From Chlorokybus atmophyticus (Eukaryota; Plantae; Mesostigma and Chlorokybus algae): a stretch of DNA of 64,000 nucleotides. This document shows positions 49,370 to 61,489 of the stretch, piece after piece. A model generated the notes under the pieces. The model saw only the letters and a list, made by a program, of their open reading frames with translations. It was not told where the DNA came from and ran no database searches. The translations under genes were made by a program, and so were the position numbers. Every line of letters begins with the position of its first letter. The first letter of the stretch is position 1. The stretch is from assembly GCA_009103225.1 (NCBI GenBank), contig RHPI01001819.1, positions 1 to 64,000 of the forward strand, given 5' to 3'.

Positions 49370-51239
49370 GCAGGTTGCACGGTGAGCGACGAAGAGAGCG
49401 AGGCAGAGTGTGTACTTTACTGGTGCTCCCCAACGCTACCACTCAACACACTAGTGCTTGGAAATGCACTATGTGCTAACAATGATAACATGACACTGAT
49501 GCAACCACCGTTGCTGCCAAGATGCAACCCACGCTGATGCACGACACTCACTTGTACAAGGAGGATGACACTGTAAGTCAACAAGCCACTACTAGAGGTA
49601 GTGCTGCTTATACAGTTCATTGCAAGAGGTCAAGATAATTCCACTGTTAAGTGAGGTGTATGAATGCGCAACCTGTGGATACCACACTCTGATGCGGACT
49701 ACACAACGTGCACCCACGCAACCACAATAACATAAAGTGACAAGCAATGCCCGTGTGCATACGCTGCATTCTCTCACGTGTAGATGTGTCTTGGCAACCG
49801 GGGCGGCGAGGTGATGCAGTTACATCAAGCCACAACCTTTAGAGAGCAAGTCCAACGCACTCCAAATATCAACATCCGTACTTCGTTATTTCAAGTCTCT
49901 CAATTCTCACTTACAGTGTCATCAGCGTACAGAGGCTAAGTCCTAAGCCTTTATAGTCAAGTGACAGCTGTTCAGTTTTAAGATAACGGCTAGTTTACGA
50001 AATGACCTAGATCAGACCTAAGTTAACTCACAACGGATCAGCTGGTTCGGCTATGCTAGGTACCTACGAGGACTGACTCACAAGTGCTAAGCGTCGCGCG
50101 GGACCCATGTTGGTAGCCAGGGTTGGTGCCTGACTGTAGGCATAGCTGATGGGGAAGTGCTGTGATGCCGGTAGCGCGGGAATAATGCTTGGCTGTAGGC
50201 ATCCTCGAGGAAGTTGGCCCCTTTTGGACCGCTGGCATGACACCGTGCCCTCCATCGATCTCAAGGCGCGATGAGTGTGTATGTGCGCACGCACATGAGT
50301 GAGCGTGCATGCATGCATGCATGCATGCATGTGTTGTGGACCACTGAGCATTGCTTATGTGTGAGTGGGCACGCACGTGCACATACCTAGATAAGCCTGC
50401 ACATGCCTTGCGCGTTCAAGCACAATCTGCATGCACTCATACCCACAGTGTCAAGCCTTTTTAATACATTCACGTGCAGGCCCCACACAGTGGCCAAGGT
50501 GTGGCACTTAGTGTAGCGGGAGGAGCGGACATTTGGCTGTGGCAGGTACGCGTTTTTGTGATGTGTGCGCGTGTGACCGAGTGTTCAACTATTGAAGTGC
50601 ATGCATGTGTGTGCATGTGTTTACGCTTAAGCACTGCAGGTGAGGTACCTGATTTGCACTAGGCTTAAGTAGGTAGTAATTTCGCATTAGGGTAGTTGTT
50701 GGTTACTGTAGGTGCACATCAATTGTTAACGCTATACCACTATTCATGTATTCCACAGTGTTCATGTTGGTTGATGTGTGTAACTGCTTTGTGCATGTGT
50801 GCGTGACTTTCAACAGGTGCCGCATGAAGCATTCTTCCCGACTAAACATGCATGTGCTAGTTTTGTTAACTCGTGCCCTGGTGAACGCCACCAGGCCATG
50901 AGTGTGGCTTGGTGAACGCCATCAGGCCATGAGTGTGCAGGGCGGCTGCCAAGAACGCCAAAGCCATGGCGACCGCCCTTGGCCTGGAAGTGACCAGCAT
51001 GACCCGGCCAGCGGCGTGGCCTGGTGCTCTTGGTATCGAGCACCAGGCCGCCCGCCAGGCAACGGCGGCCTGATCGCGGTCAGCTGCGGCTTAATTGCTG
51101 CGGCTGATCGCAATCAGCCACCAAAGCATAGTCACATTACCGCACTTCTTATCGTCGTCGGTTTTGCTTCATGCTGGTCCGGCTGCAGTCGGCCCAATGC
51201 ATTTACAATGACAACCGGTCACGCGCCACACATGGTTAA

Positions 51240-51897
51240 TAAAAGCGCACCAGCCATGGTCCGTTGCTGTGGACCATGGCTTTATTAACGCGCAAAATCA
51301 TTCGTAAGTAACACTGGTCCTTGCAAAAGGACCATCCTCGGTCTGAACTTTGTCGGTTTCAACCGGCGCCAAGGCTGGCCCGGTTTTTTGGGGGACCGTG
51401 GGACAATTACGTACTGTTTGGACCAGCCCTGGTCCCCGCGTGCAGACCAAGGCGGGCGACCCTAGTCCGGACCCCAAGCCGCCCGGGCGTTTTGGCCCTG
51501 GTCCGTACGTGCGGACCAGGGCTGGTCCGTGGAAAAAATTCCGTGTGACGGTCCAAAGTTCAAGGGAATGGTACCATTGTCTCTTGGTACGCACTAGCTA
51601 AGGTCCGACCGATGGCGGCTGCGTAGGGACCAAAGATGATCCGGCCAGCGGACCATGTACCGATGTGTATAATTAAACATTGTGATATTGAGTGCAATTG
51701 CAATAAACCAGGCACCTTAAATCATCTGTAGCCGGCGGCACTGGCCACGCTCGACCTGCGGCGCACGAGGCCGCGGCGTCAGTAAAATGATTACTTGAGA
51801 AACATGCATTCGATCGGACGAACACAGGTCCTTTGGCGAACAAAGACGACGTCCCAACCATCAAGTGCACATGTACCGGTAGGGACAGTTGAGTCCT

Positions 51898-51928
<31 letters not shown>

Positions 51929-52790
51929 AGTTTACAACAATGTACCAACAGTCGCCAAGCGGCTTGGCGACTGTTGGTTGGGGATAATTGGTGATGAACA
52001 GTCGGCGGTTGTTACTTTGATAGGTTCATATCACGTATGCACATAGACTTTACAACACTGGTAAATGGACGGTAAATAGACAGCCGCAGCTCGGAGGTTG
52101 TCAACACGCCAGTATAGTTCAGGTTGAGAGTTGTTCATGAGTTGGTAACCTTGCTAAGGGCTGTGATTATAATAATGCCTAGTACTGAGGCGTGATGTGT
52201 AGCAATCAAAGCTTGTGTATTTGGTCGAGCTGTCGATGAAGCTGTGGTCTCATAAGGTGTGAGTGGCTGTGCATAAGATTACATAAATTGATTAGGCAAT
52301 ATAAATTATATATTGCTATTAATTTGTTATAATGCACTACTTCGCTATAGGTTCAATGTGTACTGCAGTCTACTATATGTTATTTAACTACTTATACATA
52401 TAGCATTATCACGCATAAAAACTCATTAACATGATTATGTATAAGTGTACATGCACATCAACAATATGATACTTGTACATGCAATTTCAATGTCTGAATT
52501 AAATGCACATGCCGCAAACTGCAACGGCAATACATGGACAGTCCCTTACTCTACAAGGCAAGGACCTTAGTAGGCCTACATCTTATCACTATAAATTGTT
52601 GACAGCCGGGCTGTCAAGTTGACAGCCGGGCTGTCAAGTTGACAGCCGCCGACCCTTTGCGGCTGTCCATTTGTCGGTGAGTAATTTCAACAGTCGGTGC
52701 GGCTTGTTGTTTACTATGTTAACATGATGCATCATTATATAATCATGTAATCAATCAATCATTCCATAAGGTCATCGTATGTACTACCTA
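51240..52790 (+). mobile_element. Second, inverted, diverged copy of the 44825-47102 element
   Basis: 51555-51655 matches rc of 46578-46685; 51750-52700 matches rc of 45250-46455, including the tRNA-like module. Confidence 0.75.
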
Positions 52791-55303
52791 CCGGCAGTCA
52801 TGATAGCGTGGCTGCAGGACCGCGATCGCGGTGATGAATTCGGTGTACGAACCAGCTAAGAGGCTCTCCCCACCGGACGGATAGCCGGCGGATACGATAG
52901 AAATTAATTTGCTCGAAATGAGCACTTTTATCCTATCCAATTGCGAGTCTACATAGACTACTAGAATTTTAGGGTTTGGATAGCAGCAGGAGTCGCGTGA
53001 GTGACGATGCCGTCATTTGCTGCCAGGGAGTCCTGTGCTGGTGATCGACTTTGACGTGGGCGGCGGCGGCGGTGGTGACGCTGGGTGTGTTGTTGTTGGC
53101 GACGGCAGATGAGGCGTAGCAAGGAGCAGGGTGGCCGGGTAAGCGCTGCGTGGATGCTGTGTTAGGGGTGCTGCAGTGTACGACTGTTCGCTTCCTTTGA
53201 TGATAGTTGTATTTTGGCAGGCGGTAACGTGTGTATTGTTGTTGGCGGCGGCAGAGTCCTTTGCCAGAAGGACTCATCAGGGTGGGTAGGTGAGCATTGT
53301 TCGGATGATGTGTGCTGGGTGTGCCAGTGTATCACTGTGCGTGTCCTTTATTGACAGTTTGTGTGCTGGCAAGCGTGGAGGCAGGCTTTCGTCGCAGTGG
53401 TGGGAAAGCAGTGCCTGCTAACACTCTCGGCGTAAGTCTGTTCGCATGTGCACTGGTCATCAAGTGCGTGCGTATGTGTGTGTGCGTGTTGGGGGGGAGA
53501 GGGGCTCAGTATATCTGCGCGTCCGTCAGTCAATTTGTGCGTGCGCGTGTGTGAGAGGCAAGCGGCGTGCGATCTAACTGTTTGTCGCAGGGTTGCGACG
53601 GGGTTGGCACCGCTGTGGTGAGGCGTTGATGGGCTCAGGCAGTGTCCGNTGAACAGTCGGCGGTTGTTACTTTGATAGGTTCATATCACGTATGCACATA
53701 GACTTTACAACACTGGTAAATGGACGGTAAATAGACAGCCGCAGCTCGGAGGTTGTCAACACGCCAGTATAGTTCAGGTTGAGAGTTGTTCATGAGTTGG
53801 TAACCTTGCTAAGGGCTGTGATTATAATAATGCCTAGTACTGAGGCGTGATGTGTAGCAATCAAAGCTTGTGTATTTGGTCGAGCTGTCGATGAAGCTGT
53901 GGTCTCATAAGGTGTGAGTGGCTGTGCATAAGATTACATAAATTGATTAGGCAATATAAATTATATATTGCTATTAATTTGTTATAATGCACTACTTCGC
54001 TATAGGTTCAATGTGTACTGCAGTCTACTATATGTTATTTAACTACTTATACATATAGCATTATCACGCATAAAAACTCATTAACATGATTATGTATAAG
54101 TGTACATGCACATCAACAATATGATACTTGTACATGCAATTTCAATGTCTGAATTAAATGCACATGCCGCAAACTGCAACGGCAATACATGGACAGTCCC
54201 TTACTCTACAAGGCAAGGACCTTAGTAGGCCTACATCTTATCACTATAAATTGTTGACAGCCGGGCTGTCAAGTTGACAGCCGGGCTGTCAAGTTGACAG
54301 CCGCCGACCCTTTGCGGCTGTCCATTTGTCGGTGAGTAATTTCAACAGTCGGTGCGGCTTGTTGTTTACTATGTTAACATGATGCATCATTATATAATCA
54401 TGTAATCAATCAATCATTCCATAAGGTCATCGTATGTACTACCTACCGGCAGTCATGATAGCGTGGCTGCAGGACCGCGATCGCGGTGATGAATTCGGTG
54501 TACGAACCAGCTAAGAGGCTCTCCCCACCGGACGGATAGCCGGCGGATACGATAGAAATTAATTTGCTCGAAATGAGCACTTTTATCCTATCCAATTGCG
54601 AGTCTACATAGACTACTAGAATTTTAGGGTTTGGATAGCAGCAGGAGTCGCGTGAGTGACGATGCCGTCATTTGCTGCCAGGGAGTCCTGTGCTGGTGAT
54701 CGACTTTGACGTGGGCGGCGGCGGCGGTGGTGACGCTGGGTGTGTTGTTGTTGGCGACGGCAGATGAGGCGTAGCAAGGAGCAGGGTGGCCGGGTAAGCG
54801 CTGCGTGGATGCTGTGTTAGGGGTGCTGCAGTGTACGACTGTTCGCTTCCTTTGATGATAGTTGTATTTTGGCAGGCGGTAACGTGTGTATTGTTGTTGG
54901 CGGCGGCAGAGTCCTTTGCCAGAAGGACTCATCAGGGTGGGTAGGTGAGCATTGTTCGGATGATGTGTGCTGGGTGTGCCAGTGTATCACTGTGCGTGTC
55001 CTTTATTGACAGTTTGTGTGCTGGCAAGCGTGGAGGCAGGCTTTCGTCGCAGTGGTGGGAAAGCAGTGCCTGCTAACACTCTCGGCGTAAGTCTGTTCGC
55101 ATGTGCACTGGTCATCAAGTGCGTGCGTATGTGTGTGTGCGTGTTGGGGGGGAGAGGGGCTCAGTATATCTGCGCGTCCGTCAGTCAATTTGTGCGTGCG
55201 CGTGTGTGAGAGGCAAGCGGCGTGCGATCTAACTGTTTGTCGCAGGGTTGCGACGGGGTTGGCACCGCTGTGGTGAGGCGTTGATGGGCTCAGGCAGTGT
55301 CCG
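51995..55303. repeat. Apparently identical 1655-bp tandem duplication joined by one N (probable assembly artefact)
   Basis: 51995-53648 equals 53650-55303; N at 53649; the ORF track repeats at a 1655 offset. Confidence 0.9.
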
Positions 55304-55579
55304 GCGTGCAACATAGTTGTGAGGACAGGCTGGCTAGCATGTAAGGTAAGTGAGTGTCACTTAATACCGTTAGTTAGCATTAACCCTTAGTGCTGCTAGC
55401 CACAGCGCTTGCAAATTGTATTGCGTTGCTAGTTAACTTGCGGTTGAGCTAGCGTGTGAATATGTGTGATGGGGTGACTTGCACATGTTAGTCAAGGCCA
55501 ACGAGTTATTCGTGCATTTGCAGAGGTGATTGCCCCACAGACAATAAATGACGCCACCGCAATGAGCGTCTTTATCAAC

Positions 55580-56929
55580 ATGTGCTGCTGGACGTGCAGC
55601 AACAAGTGGTCTCGTTAGGCGCTATGGTCATGGAAATGGAAGACACTCGGTTGCAGCTAGCGCAGATTTGTGATGAAGAGGACATGTTGCTTGAGATGGC
55701 GCATGCACCATCATCGGCCTCACACAGACAGCTGACAACACACCCATCATTTCTACTTTTGATCTTGCTTGGCCACCTGGTGACAGAGTTTGGCGTATTC
55801 TTGACTGGACGAGTGTGAAAGTACTTCCGTAATGAAATGTGGTGGGACCGTCATGCAAAGTTCTTGACCAGAACCAGATGGGTAGGAGCTTTTCGCATTT
55901 CGCGTGTCGGTTTTAATTTGCTATGCGACATGTTGCAGCCTCGACTGGAGCGGCAAGACACAAACCGTCGCAAAGCCATTGGATTGAAGAGGCGCGTAGC
56001 GGCCATGCTGTACAAGCTGGCCTACAATCAGAGTGAACTGAACATCTCGCACCTCTTCGGCATTGATAAGTCCACTTCAAACAGAGAGTTGAAGCGCTTC
56101 TGCTTAGCTGTGAAGCATATTGTTGGGCCTCTATACATGTGCTGGCCAGGCGGTCCACATCATCCCGCAGCAGGTATCTATGGCCGCTCTATGGAGGAGG
56201 TTCAACAAGGTTTCAACATGATGAGCGCGCCGTGAAATCCATACCTTAGAGGGTTTGCTGGCCTATGCGGCATTGTCGCTGTTTCTGCATCAACGCCCTG
56301 TTACGCCTATCTCGCAACAAGCTGACGAGTACAAGTGCTACAAAAGGTTACTACGCCACCAATGCCATGATTGTATGTGACGAGCAAGAGTACATTACCA
56401 ACTACTTTTTCGGCATGCCCGGCTGCAACAACGACAAGACGGTGTGGTCATGCAGCGGGTTGAGACGGAAGTGCGAAACGGGAGACTGGCCGGTTGCTGC
56501 ATGGTTGATGTCGGATGCAGGCTATACCTTGCGACCCTTTATGATTGTCTTCTTTGAGACAGAACCTGAAGGCTCACCGGAGGCGTACTTCAACCATTGG
56601 TTCAGCAGTGTGCGCATACACATCGAGCGCACCATTGGGCCGTCAAGAATGTATGGCTCATCACAATGATGGGCATCGGCATTCGCGACCCCGCCGTCAT
56701 CAACCTGGTATGTGAAGCGTGCATGATTTTGCACAACTTCCGCATGGCTCACAAGGATGAGGGGGACGAGGAGGTGCGCATGAGTGCGGAGGACCGCCAG
56801 CATTACGAGAGGCATAGAGACTTATTGCATGACATAGCGGCTGCAGCTAACACCCAAGTGGGAGACCGCGCGGTCGAGATCAGAAGGTCTGGCTATGCGA
56901 AAGAGAATAGCCAGAATGTGCGGGTTTAG
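55580..56929 (+). pseudogene. Harbinger DDE transposase (HARBI1/DDE_Tnp_4-like)
   Basis: FRISRVGFNLLCDML...VAAMLYKLA...FGIDKST; NAMIVCD...GCNND...LMSDAGY...FN...SSVRIHIERTIG; ACMILHNF; frameshifted. Confidence 0.92.
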
Positions 56930-57287
56930 AGTGGATTGATGAGAAGACTATAAATATGCGACTATGACAATAGGAATCAGGCTTGATGATTATAGCTATG
57001 ACACCAAAGCTCACTCGCATGCGTATGTTTCCTACTGTGCTTGAGCTTGAGATTGTAATGCATTGCATACAGCAAGTACCCAATTTCAGCGCCCCATGTA
57101 CCGACACACATAGCCTGAGTACTAGTGGCGGCTCTACAATAGATTGTCGCAACTAATCCGAGCTTGACTAATCCTTCTTCTAAGCGCTCAAGAAAGCCAT
57201 CAACAACGCATCACGCTGCTTCGCCTCTCTGCGCAGCTCGAGCTCACGCACTGCACGCTGTTTAGCCTGTGTTGCCAATCTATCCTC

Positions 57288-58300
57288 CTAATCTAGTCTT
57301 CTGCGCTCATTATCAATGCGCGCTTGCTGAAAATCTTGCGCTTGCTTGGCCTCCAACTCCAACGTGCGCTCACTTTTTTTGTCATCCTTTTCTGGTTGTG
57401 CCAAAAGCCAATCTTTGAGCCAACCAGCCGGCACACCCTGCTCAAGTAGCGCGCAGTCAGCTTGTGCACTACATGGCACTTGCGCACAACTGGTTATTAC
57501 CTTCTGAGGAGGAGCTGCTTGTGCTGCCGCTTAGCTTTCCCATGTCTGCAAGGTGTTTCACATCATCAAAGGTACTATCACCGTTGTATGAAGCGTATTG
57601 ACCCTCATCATCATCAGGATAGCTGTAGGCGTCCAAGTCATCTTTTGCACCAGCGATGTCGTCTTCCTTGTCGTCATCGCTGCCCGTGTATAACATAACC
57701 ATGCGCTGGAACTCCATGGAGTCCGAGAAGGCCTTCGAGTCCATTGACTTAGTGGTCTTCCATTGTCCGTGACATTCGTCGTTGAAGCGTGGTTGTTTCG
57801 ATATCTGCCCATGTTTGTCGACAGGCGGATCGCTCTGGCCACTCAAAATCCTAACCTTCTCGTAGGCATGTACACATTTCAATCAGGGGGAGAGAACAAC
57901 AACAAGTACAACAGCAGCAAGAACATAAGCCCAACAACACCCATCACAACAATTACAGCAATAGATGGCGCAGCAATGTGAGGCCTACCATATGAGTGGC
58001 CTTCAAGTTCTTGAACTTGTTGCCAACCTTGCTGGCCCTTGCTGGCATGCCCATGCGTTGCGCGGTCAAAGCAAAGACCGCCTTGTTGGTGCAGGCACCC
58101 TTGTGCTTAAGCTTCAAAAAGGCCTTCCCCTCTTCGTATGCCTCAAACAACAGCACCACTAACTCTTGTGTCCACTCAACACCGTCTTCGAGGTCGCGTT
58201 CACCAGTACTCTTAGTACCTTTCTACACACCTTCTTTGGTGCGCTTTGCTGTGGCTTTTCGCTTCTGGACTTGCGCACCCCCTTGAGTCTGTTGCGCACC
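57288..58300 (-). pseudogene. Harbinger Myb/SANT (trihelix-like) DNA-binding protein
   Basis: VEWTQELVVLLFEAY...KVGNKFKNLK followed by acidic and coiled-coil segments; introns and stops. Confidence 0.72.
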
Positions 58301-58769
58301 AGGCGTCAGTCAATGCTGTCCAGATGCAGCACCAGATAACAAGCCAGCATATCATTGTACGCACTCACCCCCGTGTCTGCATGTTCATGGTCAACATTGG
58401 CCTCGTTGGGTTGCATGTTGGGGTGCTGTGTCGTGTCACCGCTGTTCAAACCTCCTGCATCATGTGCACTTTGTGTGTTGGGTGCCTGTGTCGGTTGCGC
58501 ACGCATGTGTCCGCTATTGCAGGGCTGCAATAGCCATTGCTCTATCACATGCGGTTGTATCGACAACATGGCAGCATCAGCAACACTAGTTGAGAGATTG
58601 TGCAGGGTCTATCTCACTCACATCATCGTGGGCTGGCGTGCGTGCAGCATTGCCGAACGACGGGCGTGAACCATGCTGGTCGGTTGTGGGCCTGGGTGGC
58701 ACGCCCGTGCAGTTGTTCTGGACACAACAATGATTACAAGTGTGTGTGTGGGGGGGGGGGGGGGGGGGG

Positions 58770-58860
58770 NNNNNNNNNNNNNNNNNNNNNNNNNNNNNNN
58801 NNNNNNNNNNNNNNNNNNNNNNNNNNNNNNNNNNNNNNNNNNNNNNNNNNNNNNNNNNNN
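58770..58860. other. Assembly gap (N) flanked by poly-G and (GA)n
   Basis: Run of N. Confidence 1.
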
Positions 58861-60806
58861 GGGGGGGGGGGGAGAGAGAGAGAGAGAGAGAGAGAGTTGG
58901 CTGCTACTCGCTATCTGAGAGGGATGTGGCGTGCATGCAGCGAACGCGGGCTGATGCTCAGCGCCTTGTGTGGCTGGCATGGACGTGTGTGTGTTTATGT
59001 AGAGATGCATGGAGGGACGGCCAGCAGGCGGCGCAGGTTGTTGCATGCTTTTAAAAGACGACGAAGGTATCCCCGCAGGCCCACGCTGCCCAAGTTGCAA
59101 GTGAACAAATACAACTTGCATGCTCCCAGCATGACAACACATGACAACACATGAGGACGCAGCAACGACCAGGATTGACAGTTGCCCACTCGCATATGTA
59201 CTTGTTGTTGAGGTTGAGGGGAAATTGCATACTCAGTTGCACGCTCAAGTTGCACATAATCGCATAGAACTCATAATCCAAACACAACACATGACAGCAC
59301 AGCAAGGGCAAGCACGGACAGTTGCCCACCTGATGTTAATGTTGTTGAGGTTGGCTCTGCAATTCATCCCATGCTGGCTGAGTGTCATAGCCAGCAGGCA
59401 CATGTGCTCCACCGTATAGCCCACATGAATAAAATGCTAGCGTGTGAGGCTTGGTTGCCTATGCTTGACGCCTCTTTCCTCCTCCTTCAGCTCTATACCA
59501 CCCACACACAAACACAGCATGAATGACTGCACACTCTACGTTCCTGCTCCTCTTTGTGTCCCACCACCACCACAACAACAACCACATTCCTACGCAACTG
59601 CAACCAGCATGTCTTGACATCACATTCTGCCTTTCTTTGTCAACAATAACAACAACAACAACAACATTAACAACTAGCATGAATGACACATGCATTCTAC
59701 TTTCCTCGTCCCTCTCTACCTCCTCCTCCTCAACAATAACAACACAACTGCAACAAGCAACACCTTTGATGGGTTTGAGTCCGGAACACACCTGTGACGT
59801 ACTGACTGTCCTGATATCGGTCGCACACACTGCCATCTGCTCGGTGTAGCCAATTGGAGCCGGCTATAAGCGGCAACAGTCTAGCGCCGCTGACAATGCA
59901 GCGCCCCAATCAACCACACAGCGCCGCGCCTTCACGCCGCCGTCGCCGCCGCCCCTGCCACCGCTAACGCCGCTGAGAACTTGTACAACTTACCAAAATC
60001 TTCAAACTGCCGCCAACAATATTTTCCGCCGCCAGAAGGACACGCGTCAAGCGGTGGGGCGCTACCGACTCCTATCCCACCGCTCCAACTATCCTAGAAA
60101 TGGTTTTATCTTTTCTAAGATAGTCGGCATTTATCCCACCCTCTTATCCATCGCGCTATCCTGGCGCGCAATGGATCGGAGGCCACTTATCGCGCCGGTG
60201 GGGAGTGGTTGTGGGTACCAGACGGGTGCCCGGCAGCGAGACAGTGACCAGGCCGCCTGGTCCAATCACGACACAACGATGAAGACCGTGCGCGGAGCGT
60301 GACGACCGTGCGATGAAGACGGCGAGGAGGTGCTGCATCAACGGCCAGTAGGTGTTGATGTAGTTAAAATAATGTTGGTTATTTATTTAACCATGTGATC
60401 GCATAATAAGGCAGTTAGCCACGGGTCTTACTGCAGGAAATGGCTGTAAATAGCTAGGGAAGATGCCCTAGTGTGGCTATGCCAGCATATAATAGTTGCA
60501 TTATTAATCAAACAGTGGTTAATAAGCTTATTTGTTATTGCATGCCTAGCTGGATAAGACCAGTGACAAGGGTATAAAGGTAGCCCGGGAGCCGCCTTCT
60601 CTTCAAGCATCTTTAATACAAGAATGACTTCTGAAACTTGAGTGAATGATGCATGGCGTGCTTATGTGAATGTCACAATTTCACAATGAATTTTGCTCAT
60701 TGCCTCCCCGGGTGGGCATGAGCTGTGTGTGCTAATACGTTCGGCGCACAGGCCACGTGGATGACGGTGGTGACTGCGCCACTACCGGTCACCCACCGGC
60801 TTCTTT

Positions 60807-60818
60807 TGGTATCGGAGC
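60807..60818 (+). promoter_or_regulatory. Primer-binding site TGGTATCGGAGC (initiator tRNA-Met type) of Gypsy 3
   Basis: Close match to the plant TGGTATCAGAGC PBS, ~680 bp upstream of gag; the upstream LTR boundaries are unclear. Confidence 0.7.
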
Positions 60819-61489
60819 GGTCATGGGGCCAGTTAGGCCGGTGATAATAAGTCATTTCTGGGGTACCGGACACCACTAGGTATGAAACCTACGACCGCCG
60901 GTGTAGGTGTGAAACCTACGACCGCCAAGTAGGGTTGCGTAGCACTGCCAAGGGGACGTAGGTGTTACACCTACGGCAGTAGCCGCGAACAGTACTGCAG
61001 GGCCGTTCGTAATCACTTAATTGAGTTAAGGACGCGACCTTAACTCTGGAGTATTAAGTGGATTAAGGAACAGCGGGTGGCAGGGGCGTGGGGCGGCAAG
61101 TGTGACGGCAAGTGTGACGGCAAGTGTGACGACGCGCTGCGAGGCGTGACGACGAGGGACGGGCTCCAGCCTAACTCACCCTTGTGAGAGACCAAGGACT
61201 TAGCCAAAATTGCAGCAAGAAAAACAGAAAATCACCAACCAAAACACTCCTGTGGGGGGTTTTAATCATATAAAATTACTCCACCTCACGTTGAGGGAGA
61301 GGGGTATTTACAGGTTGTGCCAGCAATACTCTACAATTTTATTGATTAATTCCTTTGGGCCTGCCAACAAAACATCCACCCAACAAAAATTAAGGACCGC
61401 CCACTTACCAGGAAGGGGTTACAACAAAACCCTCAGCTAAGCCTGAGTGAGGGGGTGGAACCTACGAAAAGAAAAAAGCAACAGAAATA

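Larger units (their letters stand above)
38243..49441 (-). mobile_element. Ty3/Gypsy retrotransposon 2 encoding a DNA cytosine methyltransferase and a PHD finger (decayed, with a nested DNA transposon)
   Basis: Colinear minus-strand domains gag, unknown region, PR, DNMT, RT, RH, IN, PHD. LTRs were not confidently identified. Confidence 0.9.
54519..60205. mobile_element. PIF/Harbinger DNA transposon
   Basis: Convergent DDE transposase and Myb/SANT genes; inverted CTCCCCACCGG near 52866/54521 and ~60195, with GATAG/CTATC subterminal motifs. Exact ends are uncertain. Confidence 0.75.

Noticed and set aside
49442-50040. 5' LTR of the DNMT-Gypsy element
   Set aside because: No matching second copy near 38.0-38.2 kb (a gap lies nearby) and no TG...CA ends were seen
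51995-55303. 1655-bp tandem duplication as a biological event
   Set aside because: The copies appear identical and are joined by a single N, typical of an unmerged contig overlap; long reads would be needed
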